Assembly (NCBI GenBank): GCA_002506825.1
Contig: DAYH01000031.1
Location: 84,049-148,048, forward strand
Direction of reading: 5' to 3'
Length of the DNA: 64,000 nucleotides
From: Euryarchaeota archaeon UBA103
GTDB lineage: Archaea; Thermoplasmatota; Poseidoniia; Poseidoniales; Thalassarchaeaceae
The notes beneath the pieces are model-generated. The model worked only from the letters and a program-made list of their open reading frames with translations. It was not told where the DNA came from and searched no databases. A program made the position numbers and the translations under genes. Below, one piece after another: positions 46,934 to 56,000 of this stretch. Numbering within the stretch: the stretch's first letter is position 1; every line of letters starts with the position of its first letter.

Positions 46934-48295
46934 GTGTTTGGGGATACAGTGTCGGTTTCACCTCTAGACTACAGATATGGACGAGAAGAGGCCAAAGCTA
47001 TTTGGTCGAGAGAGGGACGTCATTCTAGGCAATTGGAAGTCGAGAGGGCACTTGTATGGGCTCATTGTAAGATGGGCAGAGTTAGTGCTGAGCACTACGA
47101 TATCGTTGCAGATATATCCGATCCCGGAATAGTCACTGCCGACAGGGTAGAGGAAATAGAGGCTGAGACCAAACATGATATCATGGCACTTACCAAGGCT
47201 ATGGCTGAGGCTGCAGGAGAAGCAGGTTGGTGCATTCACCTAGGTGCGACCAGTAATGACATAGTTGACTCTGCAGTTGCCTTGCAGATAAAAGATAGCG
47301 TAGATTTGCAACTATCCTCATTGAAATCTCTCATGGGTACGCTGTGCGATATAGCTGTGAGGGAAAGGGACACTATTATGATAGGGAGAACTCATGGTCA
47401 GGCCGCTGTACCAATAACCTTCGGAATCAAAGTTGCAGTATGGGTGGATGAGTTCAGGAGGCACTTGGAGAGGCTTGAGTCGATGAAGTCGAGAATAATC
47501 GTTGGCAAGTTCTTGGGAGCGGTTGGAACCGGGGCAGCCCAAGGGGAGAATGCTCTGGAATTGCAGAGTCTTATCCTAGGAGAGTTAGGCCTAGAAGTTC
47601 CAGTAGCTACTACACAGGTCGTTGGAAGGGATCGCTACATTGAGTGGGTAGGATGGATGGCTAACGTATCGACTACGGTTGAAAAGATACTCCAAGAGGT
47701 CAGGAACCTCCAAAGAAGCGAGATTGCTGAGGTTGCTGAGGCATTTGATGTAGAAAAGCAGGTTGGATCTTCGACCATGGCTCACAAAAGGAATCCAATT
47801 ACAGCTGAGAATGCATGTGGACTGGCTCGAATCGTCAGATCAATGATAATACCATCCTATGAGAATGCTCTACTTTGGCATGAAAGGGATCTCGCAAACT
47901 CCTCATCCGAAAGATTCACACTTTCTCATTCCATGATTTTGCTTGATGATATCATTGCGAAATGCGATAGGGTAATGTCAAGGCTAGTAGTAGACAGAGA
48001 TAGGATGATGCATAATATTGACTCACAGAAGGGACTAGTAATGGCTGAGAAGGTCATGTTGTCATTAGTGGATAGTGGAATGCCTAGGGACGAGGCGCAT
48101 GAGGTCCTCAGAGGTTGCTCAATGGAGGCATTGAAATCGGGGGCGCATCTGAAGGACGTGTGTTCGGAGAATGAAGAAATTAATTCTGTCTTCGACGGAG
48201 AAGAGTTGGATTATCTATTCTCTCCTGAGAGTCATCTAGGTGTTTCGGGGGAAATCGTAGACAACGCGGTTTCTATTGCGCGGAAACTCATTTAG
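46934..48295 (+). CDS. purB: Adenylosuccinate lyase
   Basis: SPLDYRY, HLGATSND, GRTHGQ, GSSTMAHKRNP and HERDL motifs. Confidence 0.96.
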   Translation: MFGDTVSVSPLDYRYGREEAKAIWSREGRHSRQLEVERALVWAHCKMGRVSAEHYDIVADISDPGIVTADRVEEIEAETKHDIMALTKAMAEAAGEAGWCIHLGATSNDIVDSAVALQIKDSVDLQLSSLKSLMGTLCDIAVRERDTIMIGRTHGQAAVPITFGIKVAVWVDEFRRHLERLESMKSRIIVGKFLGAVGTGAAQGENALELQSLILGELGLEVPVATTQVVGRDRYIEWVGWMANVSTTVEKILQEVRNLQRSEIAEVAEAFDVEKQVGSSTMAHKRNPITAENACGLARIVRSMIIPSYENALLWHERDLANSSSERFTLSHSMILLDDIIAKCDRVMSRLVVDRDRMMHNIDSQKGLVMAEKVMLSLVDSGMPRDEAHEVLRGCSMEALKSGAHLKDVCSENEEINSVFDGEELDYLFSPESHLGVSGEIVDNAVSIARKLI

Positions 48296-48326
48296 GAAAA
48301 TGCATCTTTTTATGCTGGGCGATAGA

Positions 48327-48605
48327 TTAGTCACCCAATAATCTGAACCTCGATTGCAATATAGATGCTACAAGCAGTAATGCGATGGCCCCTGCAGAGA
48401 GCATTGGATCAATCATGGCCAAACCAAGGACAGACCCTGTTATGACTGAGACGATTCCAAGCAACACAATCATTGCATGTGGGCCGTACTGATTGGCATC
48501 ATCGAGGGCAACGTTAAGGAAGCCGTCTTCTATTATTGAGGATATTAGGCCGTCTTCAGAGTCTCGGAAATCGGGCGCCTCTCGCCTGGGTATTCGCTCA
48601 TTCAT
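48327..48605 (-). CDS. Small hypothetical membrane protein (2 TM)
   Basis: 92 aa ATG-started ORF with two hydrophobic helices. Confidence 0.65.
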   Translation of the reverse strand: MNERIPRREAPDFRDSEDGLISSIIEDGFLNVALDDANQYGPHAMIVLLGIVSVITGSVLGLAMIDPMLSAGAIALLLVASILQSRFRLLGD

Positions 48606-48700
48606 GGGACTCTCGGATACCTGACGAGGAAGGAGATTGATTATATTTCTCTGAAAAATACCTCAGTAATCCTCTTTGACTATGTCACATACGGTTGTTC

Positions 48701-49285
48701 ATGATTGACTTTGAGGGACGGGCAATGCATGTTTCCGCGTCACCCGGAGCGGGCAAAACGACTCTTTGTCTTGGCATCGCATCTGATATAATACTCAATG
48801 GCGGAAGGGTAATCTGGGCCTGCAGAAATATTCCTGATGCAGATAGATTCAGAGAAATTCTCTATAAAATTGATCAATCCGGACTTGGAAGAATTTCGAT
48901 TTTAAATTTCTCGTCAAGCCTAGCGGGAGAATTAGATATCATAATCAAAAAGGCAGGGGACTTTGGAAGAAGGGATATTGTGATTGTGGACGATTGGTGC
49001 GAAAATCACGGCAGGGCAAAGAAGCAGGACGTCTCGGCTGCAAAGAAGCTGTCGATGTTAATCCAGAGTACAAATATCATAATTACCTCCTCTTCATACG
49101 AAGATGCTTCGGGGTCTTCTGACAATGTTTGGCTGACGAGGGGAGGCAGTAGTATCAAAGATTCATATGTGACGGTTTTGCTGCTTAAGCATCATATTAA
49201 GCAGGGATTAAGGAGTATTTCATGGGAGGGCAATGAGAAGCTAGCCAGGATGACTTCTAAGGGGCTTGAGGAAATAGTTAGTTGA
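48701..49285 (+). CDS. RecA/RadB-like P-loop NTPase (divergent)
   Basis: Walker A SPGAGKTT, Walker B-like IVIVDD, a GG motif and a RadB-like C-terminus (MTSKGL). Confidence 0.7.
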   Translation: MIDFEGRAMHVSASPGAGKTTLCLGIASDIILNGGRVIWACRNIPDADRFREILYKIDQSGLGRISILNFSSSLAGELDIIIKKAGDFGRRDIVIVDDWCENHGRAKKQDVSAAKKLSMLIQSTNIIITSSSYEDASGSSDNVWLTRGGSSIKDSYVTVLLLKHHIKQGLRSISWEGNEKLARMTSKGLEEIVS

Positions 49286-49478
49286 GCTTAGAGATTAGTT
49301 CTTCCATCTCTGATATGGCCTCATCTGATGGAAGGTAGAGTTCCTCCGGGGATCTGGCTAATCCTGAATATTTGGGCTTCTCAATTTTAGAATATGATGT
49401 GATATTACGAACTAAGAAATATAGTAGAATAATTGCAGTTGCTATGAGGACCGTCTGGATTACTACTTCAGTGTCCAT
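49278..49478 (-). CDS. Small single-pass membrane protein
   Basis: 66 aa with an N-terminal TM helix; co-oriented downstream of tiaS. Confidence 0.55.
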   Translation of the reverse strand: MDTEVVIQTVLIATAIILLYFLVRNITSYSKIEKPKYSGLARSPEELYLPSDEAISEMEELISKLN

Positions 49479-49512
49479 GTCTGTCTGACAATAATATCAG
49501 ATAAATACCCAC

Positions 49513-50766
49513 CTAAGCTGGAATACCATGTTCCAATGGCATTGAAAGATGCCTTCTTTGAGATGGGGGCGGCTGAGTCCAACCGTCGAAGGTAATAGTG
49601 ACATCGGGCGACCATTCTTCCGAAAGCCAATATTTTGGGGTTTTTCTCTTACATTTATCGCATGAGAGATCTTGATTTCTCCCCTTACTTCTCATAGTCT
49701 TCCCACAACATGTCGGCCTAGAAGTGATTCTAGGGGACGCTGAGACTATCTTCAATTTTTCAAGGTGAATTGATTCGTCTGGCGACCTAAGGCCCATCCA
49801 AGAAACTAAATCGCCTGGAGAGAGTTGTCTAAGGAGTCTATTTACAGGCCCTCCTTCACTGAAGGCAACCAGGGTCTCCCCGGACCCTTCTGAAATTACC
49901 CTTAGGCTGGCGTGGGCCCCCTTTGTCACACTAGGTTCAGAAATTACTGTGCCTCTTGATGGTCCGGAAAGGTGATCGTCGGAGAGTTGGTTGGACAAGT
50001 GGGACGCCCATAAATCACACTTCTCATTAGAGGCAATATCTTGCAACCATGAATGAGCAGCTTCGATTGCTTCTTGATTCGCTCCCCGTATGCCGTAAAG
50101 CACTGGACAAGGAGTCCTAGGAGCGATAATTCCCTTATCGACAGTTGGATCTCTATTCAGGAATGTGTCAGGGAATAATTCAGACAGCTTCATCACAGAG
50201 TTCTTGGAAACTATTCTTTTTGAGCCGATTAGTTCTGTCTTTCTCCATGCGACGAGCTCCCATGAGTGATTTCTTGGAGGTCTCCAAGAGATCGCAGCAC
50301 TTGCCCCTATAATTCCCCATTTGTTGGGATGAGATAGTACTGTGATTCCAGAGGCTGTTACTTCTTCTTCTCTGTGTTCGAGTCTAACTTGGCCCCTGAC
50401 TGCTTCCCAATACCATTTCTCAGGCACCTTTCCGAAAGAAATCAAGAGAGCGGGAGATGGTGAGTTTTGATCATCGGGAAGATTGGAAATGTCTGACATA
50501 AGCTCGTCGAACCATGCGGAGCATGTGAACATGAACTCCTCTTTTGAGGTGCTGGGAATATCTAATCTAGCCGATAAAGCGCCATTGCCCCTAGTTCTCC
50601 TCGCTGCGTATGGCCAGAGACGTACGAGCATTCTTTCTCGGACAATAACTCCTTCGATTTTTGATAGCTCCTTCAGCAACGAGTCGAATGAATAAGTTGT
50701 GCATCCTGAATCTGGGTGATCGGTGTCATCTAGGCCTATTCTGACGACCATGGATTCTTTTTTCAT
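49513..50766 (-). CDS. tiaS: tRNA(Ile2) 2-agmatinylcytidine synthetase
   Basis: IGLDDTD..GCTT, LVRL, TRGNGA, GIIGA.AA, PCPVLYGIRG, SNQ.SD.H, zinc ribbon and RRHLSMP motifs. Confidence 0.93.
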   Translation of the reverse strand: MKKESMVVRIGLDDTDHPDSGCTTYSFDSLLKELSKIEGVIVRERMLVRLWPYAARRTRGNGALSARLDIPSTSKEEFMFTCSAWFDELMSDISNLPDDQNSPSPALLISFGKVPEKWYWEAVRGQVRLEHREEEVTASGITVLSHPNKWGIIGASAAISWRPPRNHSWELVAWRKTELIGSKRIVSKNSVMKLSELFPDTFLNRDPTVDKGIIAPRTPCPVLYGIRGANQEAIEAAHSWLQDIASNEKCDLWASHLSNQLSDDHLSGPSRGTVISEPSVTKGAHASLRVISEGSGETLVAFSEGGPVNRLLRQLSPGDLVSWMGLRSPDESIHLEKLKIVSASPRITSRPTCCGKTMRSKGRNQDLSCDKCKRKTPKYWLSEEWSPDVTITFDGWTQPPPSQRRHLSMPLEHGIPA

Positions 50767-51419
50767 TTTCTACTCACCAGTATTTCAGTGATTACATCAC
50801 TCAATCCCTTATCTGGATGACATCTAAATCCCCTAACGCCGTGGGATTTTGCGGCTTCCATGTCTACGTTCCTGTCGCCGACCATGACAGAGGATGATTC
50901 GGAGGGACGGGGATTCCAATCTTCTCCAAATTTTATGTCTCCCTCGGCTAGTATAATTCCCGATTCAGCGGCATCAATTATCTGTCTGCCCGCTTCAAGC
51001 ATACCTGGATTGGGCTTCCTAGCCCATGAGTTGTGCCATGGTGCGTAGGGGCTATGTAAGGTCAAATCTAGGATAGCATCATTATCTGCTGATGATATCT
51101 CTGAGCGTACCCTGTCATGTATTAGAGCGAGATTGTCCCTAGTCCAGATTCCCCTGCCTACGGGAGACTGGTTTGTGACAATACATATCCTAAATCCTTG
51201 TCTTCTCAGATCTCCGATTGCCTTGGGCGCCCCATTTAGCACTTCGACCTCGTCTGGAGAGTTGACGTAGTCTTCAAACCCCCTGATTATGACTCCGTCC
51301 CTGTCCAGATATGCTATCTTACCTTGCCAATCCCCTTTTATCGGCAATGGTTGCAATTTTAATGGAGAGTGCAGACTTTCCCTATCCCTCATCGGTGGGA
51401 ACATATTATCACTACTCAC
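50763..51419 (-). CDS. gmhB: HAD phosphatase, GmhB family (heptose-1,7-bisphosphate phosphatase)
   Basis: LDRDGVI, VTNQS, RKPNPGML and MVGD...D motifs; overlaps gmhA. Confidence 0.85.
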   Translation of the reverse strand: MSSDNMFPPMRDRESLHSPLKLQPLPIKGDWQGKIAYLDRDGVIIRGFEDYVNSPDEVEVLNGAPKAIGDLRRQGFRICIVTNQSPVGRGIWTRDNLALIHDRVRSEISSADNDAILDLTLHSPYAPWHNSWARKPNPGMLEAGRQIIDAAESGIILAEGDIKFGEDWNPRPSESSSVMVGDRNVDMEAAKSHGVRGFRCHPDKGLSDVITEILVSRK

Positions 51420-51978
51420 GGTTTGATTTTACGGCCTCTTTGATGATATGGTTAATCACCAATTGAACGTCCTCGATTCTTTCCATTGAAGTACTGGGAA
51501 CTACAATAGCCAAATCTACTAAATTTACTATTTTTCCCCCTCCCATTCCATTATAGTTACCAGTAATTGCTACAGTTGTACACCCGACTTCTCTGGCATA
51601 GGCTACACCGTTGATTACATTCTCAGAATTTCCTGAGCCGGAATATGCTATGAGTAAATCGCCACTCTCCGCGAATGTAGAAAGCTGTCCTACGAATACT
51701 TGTGAATAGCCCTCATCGTTTGCCCATGCAGAGAAAGAAGACGTATTGTCAGTGTGGGACATGGTCTTCAGACCCAGTTCCTTCGACCAATCACCGGCAC
51801 TATGAGAAGGAGTGGCGGCGCTTCCTCCGTTTCCTATGAAATGAACTGTTGCTCCTTCATTGGAAGCCTTCAATACCATCGAATAAAGCTTCGAAATATC
51901 TGCAATTGGCAAATTTTCCAGAGTCTTCTTCAGATCGTCCAGATAGTTGTTTGTAAACTCGGCGAAGTCGCTAGCCAT
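51412..51978 (-). CDS. gmhA: SIS-domain phosphoheptose isomerase, GmhA family
   Basis: GNGGSAA..SH, AWAND.GY, SGSGNSENV and IEDVQ...H motifs. Confidence 0.85.
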   Translation of the reverse strand: MASDFAEFTNNYLDDLKKTLENLPIADISKLYSMVLKASNEGATVHFIGNGGSAATPSHSAGDWSKELGLKTMSHTDNTSSFSAWANDEGYSQVFVGQLSTFAESGDLLIAYSGSGNSENVINGVAYAREVGCTTVAITGNYNGMGGGKIVNLVDLAIVVPSTSMERIEDVQLVINHIIKEAVKSNRE

Positions 51979-52038
51979 GTGATTACCCGGCTATCGGTTG
52001 AGGGCATCATATTTACGGGTTGATGGCTCGTTAACACC

Positions 52039-53025
52039 ATGGAAGACCCAATCGTGGCCTTAGTGGGTGGCTTCGCGGGCGCTGTGGGAGTGCCAGAATT
52101 CTCGCTCTGGCTATCTTTCTGCTGGGTTGGCGCATTATCCCTTGGATTCTCGTTCCATCGGGGAGATTCCTCCCTAGCTGCTTACTCTGCGGCGCTTGGA
52201 TGGTCGTTACTTGGGCTATTTTTCTACATGCAATCAGGGTACTTCGTAGAGATCGAGGATCCGTTACTAGTCCTGATGACGGCTGGGGCGCTTCCAGCTG
52301 GCATCGCACTAGGGATATGGGAGGTAAAGAACTGGGAGCTTGAGAACGAGTCCCTAATATGGCTCAGAGGAGCGGTAGCTTGGTCGGTGATTCCATACTA
52401 TGCTGTTTACAGCATACCCGTTCTGAATATGCAGTTTGTAGAGATGACCGCGCATAGTACGGAGTGGTTATTGGAATTCTGTGGCTTGGGGTCGTTTGAA
52501 GTTGGGGAAATAATGGTTGATCTGCCTGGGGGGGTGGTCGCGGCTTCCCAATGGGAGGGTAGCAGATATTTTCTGACAGAACCTCTTGGTGACAAGGGAT
52601 TTTTTGCCCCCTTCAATTACTCGGATGGGACTCCAGTAAGTGTTAGTTTCATACTGGCGTGCTCAGCTTTGCAATCAATGATTATATTTGTAGGAGCGAT
52701 TGTAGCACTGAGAGGGGTTTCTTGGAGGCGTAAGACCAGAGGGCTACTGATTGCATTGCCTACAATACATGTACTCAATGTATTCAGAAATGCCGGAATT
52801 GTGTGGCTTAGTGATACTTATTCAAGCTGGTCGCTATTTCCCGGATCTGATATCGATATGTTTGATTTCACGCATAGTTATGTTGCCAAGGCGGCTAGTC
52901 TGTTCGCAATGTTCCTACTGGCTACAGCACTTTTCGATCTTCTCCCTGAGTTGCATCGGCACATTGTAAGAATCTCTAAGCCGGTTACCAAGATATTCAC
53001 CAAAACTAGCACTGGGTCATCTTGA
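52039..53025 (+). CDS. artA: Archaeosortase (ArtA-like)
   Basis: Multi-TM protein with catalytic-type ILACSALQS, NVFRN and a downstream H...K motif. Confidence 0.85.
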   Translation: MEDPIVALVGGFAGAVGVPEFSLWLSFCWVGALSLGFSFHRGDSSLAAYSAALGWSLLGLFFYMQSGYFVEIEDPLLVLMTAGALPAGIALGIWEVKNWELENESLIWLRGAVAWSVIPYYAVYSIPVLNMQFVEMTAHSTEWLLEFCGLGSFEVGEIMVDLPGGVVAASQWEGSRYFLTEPLGDKGFFAPFNYSDGTPVSVSFILACSALQSMIIFVGAIVALRGVSWRRKTRGLLIALPTIHVLNVFRNAGIVWLSDTYSSWSLFPGSDIDMFDFTHSYVAKAASLFAMFLLATALFDLLPELHRHIVRISKPVTKIFTKTSTGSS

Positions 53026-56000
53026 TCTTAATTTCTCATACAGATCGCCAGTCAGGGGCATTTGATGCTCCCATGCAAATTCCTTCATTACTCTGAGGGC
53101 CTCCTTCTCGAGCTCTGAATCGCCTACGAAGTCCGTAACATCAATTGTAGAGTTTCTAGTATTAGCCTTGAACGCAGCTATGGGCTCTTCCTTGTGGAAA
53201 ACTAGGTATGCTGAGCCAAATCCAAATCTTTCCCTGAGAATTCCTCCAAAGTAGTGAATCAGCGGATCCGAAGGTGGTATTACCAAATCCCTGGTTTTTG
53301 GAATTGCTTTGGAATCTAATATTTCCTTCCTTCCCCAGCTAATATCTTGCTGATCATCCACGAGGAATCCTTTGATCAGCGTCTCATCCTCTTCGAATTC
53401 ATGAAGAACGTCACTAATCTCTTCGGGAGAGAATGGCGTACCTGCTAGCCTCTCCAGTTGCTTCATCGAAATTACCGGGTATTCCTCCACTAGTTCCCTT
53501 AGGTATTGCCTTTTTATGGACCATAAATCGGAACTCTTGAGCGCCTCGACAGTCTTGAATCCTCCTCTGTAGTCTTGGACTAGATGACCACTTCTAACTA
53601 GGGGCGAGATAAGCTTTCTGAATTCGGCTCTCCGCATGGCTAGCCTCTCCATGAACACTGAGGGGTCGTTGTGGTTCCTGAAGAATTCCAAGACGCCGAA
53701 GTCATCTTCATTTGCAGGGGCGTTTCTGATTGCAAGAAGCCTTTGGAAGTGTGGTAGTCTGGCCCATACTTGGTGCCCCCTCAGATTAGTACCCTGGTGG
53801 AGTTGTTCTGTCGCTGCCATTGACTGTAGATCAACTCTGAACATTTCACATCGGCCTCTCAGTGCGAAGTCGTCCCTCAGCTCATCAATCTCCTTCAGAG
53901 CATAGGTCTCGTTCTCCCATCTGCTTATTTGATGTATGTTATGTGTATGGAATAGAAGTCTGTTAACCTCATTTCTCGGTCTTGGCTCTACGATTCCTCC
54001 TCGAATATATCTCTCTCCGTCTCCCATCGATATGAAGCCGAGCTCTGATAGGATTCCTTGGATATTATCGTCACAGTCGTGAACGGGAACGCCATTGAAA
54101 GAGTGCATTACAGATACGTCTACTAATCTGTCACGATAGTTATCCAGAAGCTCGTTGAATGTCTCCTTGAACTCATCCAAGTACGAATGAGGGATATTCA
54201 CATCCTTAATCTCCAGATAGTCATTGACTACGAACATCAGGATTCTGCCAATTGGGTCTACTCCTTTGAAGACGGGATGGTACCAACCCTGTTTCAGTAT
54301 CATCCTTACTTCTTGGATGAATCGACTGCAAAATGGATCAGATTGTGCTAGAATACGCATCTTCCTGTCCTCGGATAGCGGAGAGAGTAGCTTCTCCGCG
54401 TCCCCATGGGACGAGTAGTAATCAGTAGGGTCCGGTTGAAGAGCCACGACCCTGCAGATTGTACCTTCAGTTTCCAATTCCCTAAGAACCTCGGCTAGTT
54501 CTTCCACGGGCCTACTGACGAAGAATCTGAGCGTATGCAGTCTAACTGGCCCTATTTTTGATATTAATTGAGCCAGGGCTTCTGGGAAGTCAAGTGGTTT
54601 GACAACACCATGAATTCTCCTGAAGAGGGCTATTGACCTCTTTCTATTGGGGACATCCAAGTACTGCTTGGCGACGACTAGTTGGCGCTCTAAGTTGGAA
54701 ATCGCCCTCTTGATGCTCTTCTGAATGTGTTGATTTTCCTTGCCTCTCGGATATTCTGAAAGAAGTTCCGTCCTTGTTATTCCTTCTTCGGGTATTTTCT
54801 CCAGTATTTCTTCTTCTAGGGAACCAATCCAAGGCTCTGAACGAAGTCCCAGAAGCATTGGTATCTGATCAAGAGTTGTGTACCCGACTCGGTTATGGAG
54901 TAGTCTGCCATTATAGACGTCTGAGTCATGTTTGAAGTCCTTCCAATCTCTGAATCTGAAGTTCTTGACTCTGTGAAGTAGTTCATCCCGTCTCTGAATC
55001 AGGGCTAGTGATTTGATCGCCTCAGAAGGTTCTGAGAACTCCGTGAAGGATTTCTGAAGAAGAAGTGTCTGAAGTGTACGATAGTCCACTACCTCGACAC
55101 TGCCCCCTGTTATTCGGTATTCGTCGACCCTGAGAATAAACTCCCCCTCGTCTGTTTGAGTGAAGAAACCTATCGAGACTAAGTTCCTCATCTCTAATTC
55201 CTGAAGAACTGATTCTACTTGACCGAGAGGGAAAGGTAGTCTATCGCTGAGTTGATCCAGGGTCTGGGGGCCTTCGGAGCCAAGCATGTCCAGTAGCTTC
55301 AGTCTGAGACAGTCCAATGGGTCTGAAAGACTCGAAGAAACCCACTTTTCAGGGGTTGCCCCAGTGAAGCCCTCCGCAATCTCATAGTTCAAACCTCCAG
55401 TATACAGGGCGCGTAGATCTTCCATCTCTGACGCTCCGGCAACAGCAAGACAGCCAAGAGTCCCATGAACTCCTGCCATCCTCATAGAGAACCACTTATC
55501 GTCGATTTGCTCGTGATTTGTATTCCTGACCTTGGTAATTAATCCCCTTTCAGCTAATTCATGTACCCATTCCCTAATCACTGGGATATCTATTTCGCTC
55601 AGTTTAGAGTTGTAGAGCGGATTAGTGAGGCCGCGCTCTAGGCCTCCTCCCATGTCCATCAGTCTGAGGAGATCAATAGCATTCTTTGGAGTAGCTACCT
55701 TTGACTGATAGTATTCAGATATCATCTGCTTGTCGAGATCGGTGGCTAGTGACCTGGCCCCCAATAGGCGTCTGAGAATCTCCGGATCTACGTCTTTGAT
55801 TAGGTAAGCTCTAGTTCTGAGACTGAGAAGATCTTCGAATGCAGACATGAATAGGGTCATTCCGAGAGGCGAGGGCATTTTCACTCGCCTGTGTACAATT
55901 CTGACATCCTCGCTATCCATCCTAGAAATGAAGTTACGTAATTGCTCCATATCCAAATCGCCATTGAGAATCTCACTCATCGCCTCTCTAATTATCACTG

